From a virus: a stretch of DNA of 64,000 nt. Position numbers and translations under genes: made by a program. Shown here one piece after another: positions 1 through 9,700 of this stretch (its first letter is position 1; each line of letters opens with the position of its first letter). Below the pieces are notes generated by a model. It made no database searches. It was not told the origin of the DNA and worked only from the letters and a program-made list of their open reading frames with translations. The stretch is from the IMG/VR virus record IMGVR_UViG_3300009151_000043, positions 31,419 through 95,418 of that record. One strand, 5' to 3'.

Positions 1-550
1 CGAGGTCTTCTGCAGCTTTTACAAAATTCTCAGCAGAGTCTACCCGCACATTGAATGGAAAGTTGTTGATATTCCTTGTGAAGCTTTCAGCGGAAGAAAC
101 TAGGTCTGCTGCAGTTTTAACAGGGTATAGCTGCACAGAAGCCATTCCATCAACATGAAAGTCGACCATGTGCTGCTCTTCGTAATCCGATGCTTGCTTG
201 ATGTTCAAGCTACTATTGTAATCCCGGATATCTTCCGTGATTTCAAAAATATCTGCAGCCTTCTCGATAGCTGATTCAAGTTGACTAGAGTAGCTTTCTC
301 CGTATAGTTTGGAGATATCAGCCTTTTTATTTATAAAGTAGGCATTAGATGTATAAACACGCGCAGGAGTATTAATGGGATATATCATCCGATCAGGATC
401 AGCAAAAGCAGCCTTGGGCAACTTGCGTAATTCGCTAGAGTCGTCCACCTCAGCTGTTTTAACATATTCAGGAAGTTCCACATCCCTGAACATACGGTGC
501 ATTTCCTTGCCTGAATAGTCTGTACTGGCGTCAAAGTTATAAATACTCAT
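1..550 (-). CDS. Hypothetical K-x-A-rich protein, truncated by the window edge (not in ORF track)
   Basis: Manual translation from ATG at 550 (MSIYNFDASTDYSGKEMHRMFRDVELPEYVKTAEVDD...) stays open to position 1. It contains KTA, KQA and KAA motifs like the head proteins. Confidence 0.8.
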   Translation of the reverse strand, partial: MSIYNFDASTDYSGKEMHRMFRDVELPEYVKTAEVDDSSELRKLPKAAFADPDRMIYPINTPARVYTSNAYFINKKADISKLYGESYSSQLESAIEKAADIFEITEDIRDYNSSLNIKQASDYEEQHMVDFHVDGMASVQLYPVKTAADLVSSAESFTRNINNFPFNVRVDSAENFVKAAEDL

Positions 551-566
551 ATTTTTCAATTATACT

Positions 567-1847
567 ATGTTATTAAACAGCTTCAACAGTAAAATCAATC
601 TACCTAGTGTAGTATCCAAACTCGGAGTTAACACTTCTGAATATGACTTTGTGAGGCTGCCTATTTTTGGTTGGTATGCCCGCTCAAAATCAAATGACTT
701 TGTAGGCAACATATTCGACTTCTTCCATATAAACGACTGGCGCAGGCTGTATGGCACAATTTGCAGAGATTTTAGTGACTGCTTTGATTTTAAGCTACCA
801 TACAGTGAGCATGCTGAAAAGAACCTTTTTAAGGATCAAACTAAAATCATGCAATGGCAGTCTGTATGGCTACTCAGTCAGCAAGAAGCTGAGAGTGCAC
901 GGGCCAGGTATCAAGACAAGATTGTGTACTTTACAGATATACTGAATGACGCCGGTATGCCTGAGCTTGTCACTAACGGTTTTGGCTACCTTACCGACAA
1001 GGTACTCAAAAGCTTTCCTAAGCTAGAGTTGGACAATAAATACAAATATAAGAAGACTGTGGTTATTCCCTCGTTCTGCTCACCCAAGCATATCTGCTCA
1101 CTAGAGGTGGCCAGGCTGACAGATATCACTCAAAGAGAGACTGTTTTTCTTAATAGCGAGTATGGCTGGTATGGAAAACAGGGCGTGGAAGTTGTCAGAG
1201 ATATCAGTGAGCTAAAAATAAAGGTAGGCAATACTTGGAACTATAAAAACGATTATTGGAACAAGACCACTATCAAGTTGTCTGAGGCGCTAGGCGCTAG
1301 TCAGCTTATCAAGATATGGAGCGAGTCCCGTAACACGACGTTTTCTGAAAAGATAATGGAAAGTATCATCGGTAAGCAGGGGAATGATGATCTTAAGAAC
1401 CATGTACCTATGCTCAAGTATGCGCAGGTGCAGGAGCTTGAGAAAGTCAGTGGGCAGCCCCTGTTAGAGTACTGGATGAAGAGCCGAGAAGAACAATTCA
1501 ATGTACACGGCAAAACCTACGTCAAAAAAGATAAATCTTATTTCCTGGTTAAAAAGAATGAAGAAGAGCAACTAACCAACTTCACACTAGATATAAAGGA
1601 GATACGTAAAAAAAATGAAGACGAGTTTATTTGGTGCGGAATGATCTACTTTGAAGAGCACGCTGTTCCTTTTGAGATGGAGGACAGATACTTCATGTCC
1701 TGTCACCTGTTTACAAAAGGCATACGTAAAATGTTCCTCAATCTAGGGCTAGGTATCCCGTTCATTAACGAGAAGTATGTAAGGCAGCTTATCACCATGA
1801 TTCAGCTCACCTGCAGCAACATCAAGGTTGTTTCTGACAATAGCTAA
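567..1847 (+). CDS. Hypothetical protein, 426 aa; possibly replication/primase-associated
   Basis: The only long plus-strand ORF not overlapping a minus-strand gene. The C-terminus (YFLVKK..QLTNFTLDIKEI) loosely recalls primase/helicase accessory domains, but no catalytic motif was recognised. Confidence 0.6.
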   Translation: MLLNSFNSKINLPSVVSKLGVNTSEYDFVRLPIFGWYARSKSNDFVGNIFDFFHINDWRRLYGTICRDFSDCFDFKLPYSEHAEKNLFKDQTKIMQWQSVWLLSQQEAESARARYQDKIVYFTDILNDAGMPELVTNGFGYLTDKVLKSFPKLELDNKYKYKKTVVIPSFCSPKHICSLEVARLTDITQRETVFLNSEYGWYGKQGVEVVRDISELKIKVGNTWNYKNDYWNKTTIKLSEALGASQLIKIWSESRNTTFSEKIMESIIGKQGNDDLKNHVPMLKYAQVQELEKVSGQPLLEYWMKSREEQFNVHGKTYVKKDKSYFLVKKNEEEQLTNFTLDIKEIRKKNEDEFIWCGMIYFEEHAVPFEMEDRYFMSCHLFTKGIRKMFLNLGLGIPFINEKYVRQLITMIQLTCSNIKVVSDNS

Positions 1848-1857
1848 AAGAAAGATC

Positions 1858-2170
1858 GCTGGGTAAACCTTCTCGCCGTGCATGCAAACACAGCGAGAAG
1901 GCAACCTTTACCCCAACCCGAAAGGGTCCAGGGTATTTATAGACGCCTGGCCGTCTTAGGGCGCAAATTTCTTTGCACCTCCACCAGTCCTTGCGGACAA
2001 TTTATACCTACGGACAAAGCCACCGCAATTCCAGTTTTGGTTTCTTGTTTACTGTAGGTATAAAAGTAAAAAGTGTTCTCCTTCGTGGTTAGGCGGGCTG
2101 CTGGAGAATACAGCCTATGACACAGGATGCCAACAAACCTGTGCACCAAGACACTCACGACTTGTCTTTT
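1858..2170 (-). ncRNA. Unidentified structured non-coding RNA (~310 nt) downstream of tmRNA
   Basis: Stems at 1868-1880/1889-1901, 1861-1867/1907-1913, 1916-1927, 1928-1932/1946-1950, 1987-1998, 2001-2011/2054-2064, 2096-2100/2111-2115 and 2121-2126/2138-2143. Plus-strand mismatches become G-U pairs on the minus strand. Confidence 0.6.
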
Positions 2171-2197
2171 TCTTTGCAAAAACCAACAAAGAAAGGG

Positions 2198-2633
2198 GGT
2201 GGACCCGAGGGGAGTTGAACCCCTGTCTCTAATACTTTTACAATCAATCACTTACAGCTTATCCGGTTGTTATATATTTCCTTCTACGGTAAACGGAAAA
2301 CCTAGAGAAGAATCAAGTAAGCTTTAACTCTGCCTACTACAGCGAGTGGTCTATATCCCACCATTTTTTACAGGAGCTTGCAGTGTTTTGCAACTGCCCA
2401 GTTACCTGAGTCTGGGGTCCGGTACCTGCGAGCAAAGCTCGCTGCGGTTAGGCAGCGAGTGCTTCAGCGTCTTCAAACTCAAAAGAGTTCAAGATCGCGT
2501 CTGCTTCTGCAACGCTAGGCGCATACATGTTAGTGTTTGCGTTTAGGGTTTGTCCAGATTTTTAACGAGGCCAACCAGACTTCCTCGGCTGAGACTAATT
2601 ACAACTATACTAGATCGAAACCAGTACGGGCCC
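2198..2633 (-). ncRNA. ssrA: tmRNA (transfer-messenger RNA)
   Basis: 5' end GGGCCCGTACTGGTTTCGA pairs with 3' CGGGTCC-A-CC, giving the G3-U70 alanine identity pair. T-arm AGGGG-TTCAACT-CCCCT. Internal tag ORF 2540-2448 encodes ANTNMYAPSVAEADAILNSFEFEDAEALAA*. Confidence 0.95.
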
Positions 2634-2665
2634 GAAAGCTACAGAATAGTATTTCTATTCAAATT

Positions 2666-2695
2666 ATTATACCATTAAAACAGAGGAATATTCAA
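2666..2695 (-). promoter_or_regulatory. sigma70-type promoter of tmRNA
   Basis: TTGAAT-N18-TATAAT with extended -10 TG, about 30 nt upstream of the mature 5' end. Confidence 0.7.
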
Positions 2696-2749
2696 CTAGG
2701 TGCGAAAAACTCCATAGCAAAGAATTATACCAGGAACAGCCAATATAAG

Positions 2750-3445
2750 CTAGGATGAGAAAAACACAGCGTCGTTAGTTGCTGGTGTCTTGCCTACTGT
2801 GTTCGGCTTATTGGGCCACGTCTCTTCCACAGTTGACCTGTTGGGAGAAGTACCAATCTGTGAAACCGACTCAGGGTTAGGTGAAAAGTTGCCATATTCT
2901 ATATTAAAGCATTGGTTCAACACTACATATTTTCTATCAAACCTACCCTTGCCTTCTCCTACGCGCTCTTGAATAAGGACGGTGATATAGTAGGTGCCGG
3001 CAAAGAAAGTGCTTGTAGCTGCTGAGGGAATCCACACCTCATAATAGCCTGCATCTCCAGACATCTTGTATATGCCAGTCTCCAGACGCCCTTCCCACAA
3101 TACTGTAGCTGCCCTGGGGCTGGTCTTTACAAAGACTTTAACTTCGTAATGTGTGGAATCTACAGGAGCACCGTCATGAAACAGAAAAACATCATAAACG
3201 ATATCTTCGCCCTGATAGAACATGTCTGGGTTCGTATTGCTTCCCTGCTCAAAGGGTATTCCTGGGATACCGTCCAAAATAATGGTGTAGGGCTCAGGAG
3301 GACTGTTCTGCTCTTTCCTGGCACGCATTTGAGACGACTGTAATGCTGCAAGATTGTCTATAGCGGCCTTATAGACACTTTGTGAATCTCCCCCAGCATC
3401 CTGGGTAAAAAACTGAGGTATTACATCGTCCTGCATATTATACAC
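2750..3445 (-). CDS. Hypothetical virion/baseplate-associated protein (BppU-N-like beta domain)
   Basis: 231-aa ORF at the end of the tail operon. FYQGEDIVYDVFLFHDGAPVD..YEVKVFVK resembles baseplate upper-protein N-domains. Confidence 0.5.
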   Translation of the reverse strand: MYNMQDDVIPQFFTQDAGGDSQSVYKAAIDNLAALQSSQMRARKEQNSPPEPYTIILDGIPGIPFEQGSNTNPDMFYQGEDIVYDVFLFHDGAPVDSTHYEVKVFVKTSPRAATVLWEGRLETGIYKMSGDAGYYEVWIPSAATSTFFAGTYYITVLIQERVGEGKGRFDRKYVVLNQCFNIEYGNFSPNPESVSQIGTSPNRSTVEETWPNKPNTVGKTPATNDAVFFSS

Positions 3446-3761
3446 AAACTAGAGCCAACCTATTATCTTCTCTTTTATAATAGCACAATTCGTCCAAGTT
3501 TAAAACGCTTTTAATCTTTTTAAACTCTTCGTCTGTAAGTGACGATAAAATATTTTCTGCAGTCTGCTTGTTAGCATCAGGTGTAGTGATATTTTGCTTA
3601 GCCCCACAATTGCATGATTTTTTGGGCGTACTGCTCATAGGTGCGTCCAGTAAGCTTGAAAACTTTGGCAGGCTGGTCGCCAATTCTGGGTTTTGCTTAA
3701 GAAGGATTAGGAACTGATTAACACTAGTCAAAATTAGTTTTTTTTGATTGGGTGGAAGCAT
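3438..3761 (-). CDS. Hypothetical protein with CxCG motif
   Basis: 107-aa ORF, translationally coupled to its neighbours; KKSCNCGAK. Confidence 0.65.
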   Translation of the reverse strand: MLPPNQKKLILTSVNQFLILLKQNPELATSLPKFSSLLDAPMSSTPKKSCNCGAKQNITTPDANKQTAENILSSLTDEEFKKIKSVLNLDELCYYKREDNRLALVCV

Positions 3762-3764
3762 AAC

Positions 3765-4697
3765 TTATACTGTTGGGGTTAAATTAACTGGCGCACACAA
3801 GTCTGTTGATTGGAAGGATAATCCCACAAACAAAGAGTGTGTATTTGCAGACTCTACATAGTTGTCATCGAACGAGGCTAGCGTCTTTCCTGAAGATATA
3901 ACTATATTGGATCCCGCATTCAACTTAAAATTTCCTGAAGCATCTGGAGCTATCCCGTTGATGTACGATACCAATTCGTCACAGTCCAGATATCTGGAGG
4001 GTATGAACGAGGCGGTACAATTCATCTTTAAACCATAAGAAGTACTGATCTCCAAGTCAATAAGTTCATTGTAAATATTTACTCTAAAGTTATATCCCTC
4101 AAGGAAAGTTACATCTCCGCTCAGAACACTCACCATAGGCGCATCCTCCAAAGGGAGCAGCGGCTCTTGCGTTACGTTTTCCTGCTGTTTGCTTATTTTT
4201 TCGGGAGAGGCGCTTACGGTATGTACACCTAGCCAAGCATCACTAAACTGAGTAACAGTGGATGGCTCTACAGGTATATTCAGCGAAACCACTTGATCTT
4301 GCGTGTAGTTGTTTAAGAAGTCTTTGACTCCTTCTCCAAAGACAGCTAGGCAGCCTTGAGAATTACGCACATACGCTGGGTAGCTCGCAGCATCAGCATG
4401 ACTTAGACTGAATATGGCTAGTGTCTGCGTGGCTGTACCGAAGGTGACAGTGACTGTGTTGGTTGAATTGCTCGTGGCTGAGAGTAATTTCACTGGCACA
4501 CTCACCTGTAGGGTGTGTCCGCTAGGGGCTGTTATTTCAGCCATGAGAGGCTCCACGGTCACTAGCTGCAGGTCCAGTAAAAAATTATCTGGTAACGTCC
4601 AGGATGAACCGTAAGCGGTTACAGTCTTGTTTGCGCTATCCAATAAAGGGTAGGCTCGTAGCTCATTCTCGTTAAGCCAGTCTAGTACCTGTTCCAT
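3765..4697 (-). CDS. Baseplate/tail-fibre-associated paralog (N-x4-YP family)
   Basis: N-terminus WLNENELRAYPL; internal INGIAPDASGNFKL motif shared with neighbours. Confidence 0.65.
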   Translation of the reverse strand: MEQVLDWLNENELRAYPLLDSANKTVTAYGSSWTLPDNFLLDLQLVTVEPLMAEITAPSGHTLQVSVPVKLLSATSNSTNTVTVTFGTATQTLAIFSLSHADAASYPAYVRNSQGCLAVFGEGVKDFLNNYTQDQVVSLNIPVEPSTVTQFSDAWLGVHTVSASPEKISKQQENVTQEPLLPLEDAPMVSVLSGDVTFLEGYNFRVNIYNELIDLEISTSYGLKMNCTASFIPSRYLDCDELVSYINGIAPDASGNFKLNAGSNIVISSGKTLASFDDNYVESANTHSLFVGLSFQSTDLCAPVNLTPTV

Positions 4698-4700
4698 AAG

Positions 4701-5438
4701 TTAAGATATAAGTGTTGGTAGCAAAAAGCTTGTGCTTGGTGTACCCGCCACGAGGTCTACATATAGTGACGCCGCGTTACGTGAAGTTATCTTTATCACG
4801 TCGTTTGAGGCTAGATTAATATTATTATTGATAGGTCTCACCAAATTTATCTGCCGCAACCCATTAACTGGAGGACCATCACCACCAGGGGAGCTTGTTG
4901 AGATTGCATGACCATAGACAGCATTAAAGGTCAGTGCGTTTAGTTCTGTGGAAACATTATAGAATATTGCTTTGTCCTCTAGGGTTCTGCTTAATTGTAC
5001 GTCTCCGTAATTTGAGTCTAGTGTGTAGACGGCGTCCTTGGATGGAATGGAGCTCGTGGTGTTGGCTGCAAAGGGAGCATTATAGATTAACTCGCGACCT
5101 ACATAGTTATCCCACAAAATATTAACCCCCGAACCGAAAGTCACAACACCCATATATCGGCTAGCGTCATCATTATAGAGTCTGAGACTACGATACTCGT
5201 CACCAAGCTCGTAGACTTCTTTATAGAGTGTGGCTGGCAGGCTTGCACCATAGTCAAATGTGAGTGTGATGATTATATTGTCAGCGTTAACTTTCACTTT
5301 GTTCAGTACTGGAGTAAACCCGTCAAACTGTACGAACTTGGCATCGACCAGAAAGTCTTGAACGTCTAGATCAAATGCGAATGGATAGCTTGTTAGCCCG
5401 TTTTCATTTTGCCAGCTTAATGGGTTGTATAATGCCAT
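4701..5438 (-). CDS. Baseplate/tail-fibre-associated paralog (N-x4-YP family)
   Basis: N-terminus WQNENGLTSYPF; internal INLVRPINNNINL. Confidence 0.65.
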   Translation of the reverse strand: MALYNPLSWQNENGLTSYPFAFDLDVQDFLVDAKFVQFDGFTPVLNKVKVNADNIIITLTFDYGASLPATLYKEVYELGDEYRSLRLYNDDASRYMGVVTFGSGVNILWDNYVGRELIYNAPFAANTTSSIPSKDAVYTLDSNYGDVQLSRTLEDKAIFYNVSTELNALTFNAVYGHAISTSSPGGDGPPVNGLRQINLVRPINNNINLASNDVIKITSRNAASLYVDLVAGTPSTSFLLPTLIS

Positions 5439-5444
5439 AGTATA

Positions 5445-6764
5445 TTAGGTTACGCTGTAGTACATTATTACTGTCTCCGCCCCTGCCTGCCCTGCCGAGT
5501 TAACTGCCCTTATTTTTATACCGTAGACGCCGCTAGGCACATGCCTGAGGATGATTGGGCTTTTATCTGTCCCTGAGCTTAGAAACGCAGTGAACTCTTC
5601 CCCAGGAGGGCTGATAGCATACTCATAGTCAGTGATAGTGTGCGCACCATCATTCACAGGAGGAACAAAAGAAATGACTAGCTCTCCGGGTGCAGGAGCT
5701 CCGGCGTTTGTCGAAGGTAAAACTGTAGGTACTGAAGGTGCCGTGAGCCGCCAATAAGCATAATACTCACTTTTTACAAATTGCGGCCAGTAATAAAACT
5801 CAGGTTTTTCTGTGGTATTAAAGTTGCCTGATAGTCTTGGAGGTATTGCGTAAGGGTAGCTACTCAACTCCTGGGTGGTTAGAAGCTCAGGTTTGCTATA
5901 GTACAGGTCCTGTGTTCCTGTGGAAGCTACGGTAAACCCTCGAATATCTTGAGGCGGAATCAATTTATGTTTCTGCGTACACAAGCTAGCCAAGGATATC
6001 CCCTCAGTAGCTAGCGCTACCACTCCGGCTTGCCCAGGTATGCCGTAAAACACTACAGGTTTTACCCCCACTAAATATATGTTTGCATCATTTGCGTCAT
6101 GGGCGTCTTCTGCGCTAGATGACGGATATACGCCATTGATATTAGTGATGGTGGGTGTGCTGCAATTACTCAGATACGTGGACTTATCTACCAGGTTTTT
6201 AACTGCAGACGGAGTCAAAGCGTAAAGACGCGTACTACCTATTTGCGTTGTTTTTGCTACATTTGTAAGTATTCCAAAGTTTACTCGCCCTCTCAGCTCG
6301 CTACCTTTCTTGTCACGTATGCTTGTTACGGCAGGATGGGTATAGCAAAATATTGTAGACTCTTCAAACTCTGTACTTTCTTTAGGGAAGTTGAGTACCC
6401 TACTCACTGAACTCAGCGATTCTAGTGTGCCTAGTGTTAGACTGCCTGACACAAAACGTATGAAGGGTGTGAGCTGCAGTGTGCTGTATGCTGTGGCCGC
6501 CTTGGTAGCAAAAATACCAACGACCTGATCATCCTGTTGAGGGTCTGAGGATATAGTAGCTACAGCTATTCTAAGTACTGGAGCACTATAAAATATCTGC
6601 TTTATATACAGTCTGTGTTTTCCTAGCTGCGAGGTTAACGAGCAGTCTACTATCAACTCATCAGAGAGTAAGTATCCGTCGTCAGATAGTGATGCTGCCC
6701 CCTGCTTAAAGGGATACTTCCTAAACTGATTTTTATTTAATCTTTGAAGACTGAGGATACTCAT
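5445..6764 (-). CDS. Baseplate/fibre paralog with C-terminal fibronectin type III domain
   Basis: N-terminus RLNKNQFRKYPF; internal INGVYP; C-terminal FVPPVNDG..ITDYEY...IKIRAVNSAG matches the Fn3 pattern. Confidence 0.7.
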   Translation of the reverse strand: MSILSLQRLNKNQFRKYPFKQGAASLSDDGYLLSDELIVDCSLTSQLGKHRLYIKQIFYSAPVLRIAVATISSDPQQDDQVVGIFATKAATAYSTLQLTPFIRFVSGSLTLGTLESLSSVSRVLNFPKESTEFEESTIFCYTHPAVTSIRDKKGSELRGRVNFGILTNVAKTTQIGSTRLYALTPSAVKNLVDKSTYLSNCSTPTITNINGVYPSSSAEDAHDANDANIYLVGVKPVVFYGIPGQAGVVALATEGISLASLCTQKHKLIPPQDIRGFTVASTGTQDLYYSKPELLTTQELSSYPYAIPPRLSGNFNTTEKPEFYYWPQFVKSEYYAYWRLTAPSVPTVLPSTNAGAPAPGELVISFVPPVNDGAHTITDYEYAISPPGEEFTAFLSSGTDKSPIILRHVPSGVYGIKIRAVNSAGQAGAETVIMYYSVT

Positions 6765-6779
6765 TATATTATTGCGCTA

Positions 6780-9700
6780 CTACACGCTAAAATAGCCTAC
6801 TAAGTTTTGTACACCCATTACAAGCCCTTTTGAAAGGTAGAAATCTGTATAGTATTGTAGAGAGCTGCTCGCAGTTACTCCGTAAACAGTCATAGATGTG
6901 TTGGGTCCCCAAACACTATAGTAGTCGTTGAAATTCTCTGTGTCTGTCTTGTCTACAAAGCTGATAGGGGTGTACTGGTTGAGTGCGGCGCCGTCCCACG
7001 TCCAGAATTTAGGTCTGTCGCCAGGTAAATCAAGTTTGTAGAGCGAAGAGGCCCCGTACAAATAGTCATACTTATCGTATGACATGTCAGGACCAGGTAT
7101 ATTTATGCGCTTCGTGAGCGCTGGTCCCTCGTCACAGGTGGCAACCATTATAAACTCAGGTGACGCCGGATCATTCCATAACCAAATGTACTCGTTACGA
7201 CAACGTATATTGGTTGGGCGGCGCAGCAATTGGACAATACCTACTTTGTTAATATCCGAATTAACGTTGTGTATGGATAGTACGTGGTCGTCATGGTCCG
7301 GGACTGACTGTTTGGTTGGTCCCCAGGAACACCAAGGGTCAAGTGGATACTTATCACAACCACCCAGAACCATTGTGTAATTGGGGTCCATCATGTTCCC
7401 TCTTGAAGCTTGCATATAACTATAACGACCTATCTTATAAGTATAAAGAGGTACGTTATACCTCGCGTACGGACTACTCAGATTAATGCCGCTTGCAATT
7501 GATGAGTGATACGTTAACAATCCGTAAGTGGTAGGCCCTGACAAGTAACCCACGGAGTACGATGTGGCTGTAGCGAGAGCTAGTCTAAGCTCAATACTTA
7601 TGCTTGAATAATTATCGGCATTTGCTATCGGGATGGTATAGCTGTCTACTGCAGTAGCTGTGACAACATACTTTTTAGCGTTGTCTGTAGCATTTCTGTC
7701 CCATTCGGGGCTGCTGGGCGATCTAAACTCATTTCTGTAGTTTTCTATTGCTGGCCACGGTACAAACGACAGGTCAGCTTCAGCTGAAACAGAGTGTGTG
7801 CCTGCTTTATCCCAAAAGTGCAACCTATAATAATACTTGGAGTTATAAGAGTCCCAGTCGGGGCTTTCTTTGAAAAAATTCATGTTGAGCCGGGACAGCT
7901 GGAATTTAATACTTGCTCTGTCATCCCCTAGGCCTAGTGCTCGCACAAATGGCGGTGCAGGTATTGGCGGAGCAAGCAATTTGATGGCGCTAGTCGCAGT
8001 TATGGTTCTTCCAACATATGTAATCTGTCCGTTATATATCTGCCCTCCATACATCGTCCTTATCTCCTTGGATGGAAGAATGCCTGGAGTACGGTGCGCC
8101 TTATAAGATGCTGCGTATACCTCACGGTAAGAACGATTACTTAATACTGTCTCAGGTTGTAATTGCGCTTTGGTGAACACGCCTGTAGATATTTCCCCAA
8201 AAAGATATAGTGTTATATCCTCCCCAGACTCATAAACTCCAGGCAATACGTAATTGTTGAGGTTAGTTGCAACTACCGTTGTAAAACTACCTGCTGGTGC
8301 CTTAGCGTTTACTATTTTTACTTTTGTACCTGCAGGGTCATTCACAGCCAGCCATATAGCGGTATCCTCGTAATATGTAATATGTAAGTTTACAGTGATT
8401 GTCATTTTACACCCTTGCGGATGGTAAATAAACGATGGGCTGCCTGCTGATGTAACACCTGCACTTACGGCAACGATAGTGGCCTCGCAAAGCGGTATTG
8501 CGTTAGGGTTTTTGATATAAGCTGCCTGAGAATTTCCTACTGAGCTGGTCGTGTACACCTTATATATGCTCGGGAACGCATAACCTAGAGTTGAGTCTAC
8601 CTCTAGCCTGTTAGGCTGCAGATAATCGTAATCGCTTCTGTCTGCGTATTTTCTCACAAGGTAAGTCGTGGTTACCGGCGGAGACACGCTATTATCGGTT
8701 TTCGTCGCAGTGTCTATCGAAAAAGTGTAATCCGAATACACGAAGGTATAGCTGTAGCGCAATTCATAAGTATCGGTGTTTAAAAGCGAAGGCACATACG
8801 TGGAGGGTCCGGTGCCCCCAGTTATATAGTTTATTTGTATACTGCAACCGGCGTCAATCGTTAGAGCTCCCTTTGACCCAGGCAAAGAGACATACCCCTC
8901 TATCACATGGCTGTAGTCTTCGCCTTCGCCTATAGCGTAACCTGTCTTACCCACCACTTCTCCCTTTTTCCATACTCCCCATCCAGTATCTTTGGCTCCA
9001 TTGTCGAGGCCTGGAATTATGCTTATGTGTGCGGGGCTATTTGTGAAACTGTCGAACGCCGGATTATTGGTGAATGATAGGCTTGGTGCGCTGGGAGGAA
9101 GAGGTATCCTTACGTTGTTAAATGATGGTGTATGTGTGAAGTCGCCTCCGCTAGCAAGCAAGTCTATTTTATGATTAGTGTGATCAGAAGTAGGCAAATT
9201 AATCACACCAACTAGCTTAAATAACTCTGCTCCTGGAGGATTGGCTCCTACGCTGGCCGGTTTATTTACAGTAGGCAGATTACTGACGAGAGTTATCGAG
9301 CTGTCTTGAGTTAACGGTAAAAATGGTCCGTTATCTATGCTGTAGCTTCTAGATGAAATTTGCGTAATCAGCGCGGCTTCCTCGTTATATGAAAAATATT
9401 TGTAAGAGTAGGCATACACACCAAGCTTGCCAGGTGCGACAGGAATTATACGGTAGCTCTCTATTGCAAGAGAGCGTAGAGCTAAAGGACTCTTTGGTGA
9501 TGCTGCAGACTTGCCTACTGAGTTATAGGCTTGAATACTCACTCCAGCTGTTTTTGAATTATTATATAGCCCGTGGGACCCTGCGTCATCGAAGGGTAAG
9601 ACATATACTGTTTGATTTGGGTCAGTTATATTTACATCGAAACCAGGGAAGTTAATAGTGTACCCGGTAGCTCCCCGTACTTTGCTCCAGGATACAGTTA

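Noticed and set aside
1858-2170. RNase P, SRP, 6S RNA or group I intron identity for the structured region
   Set aside because: Hallmark sequences (RNase P GAGGAAAGUCC, SRP GGAA/AGCAG loop, a single long 6S hairpin, intron P7 core) were not found by eye on either strand.
2198-2232. Apparent tRNA 3' half or attachment site
   Set aside because: It is the T-arm and acceptor of the tmRNA, pairing with 2627-2633. No duplicate copy or integrase is seen in the window.
1937-2758. Short ORFs (104, 66, 66 and 73 aa) over the RNA region
   Set aside because: They overlap the tmRNA and structured RNA, have poor starts and look non-protein-like.
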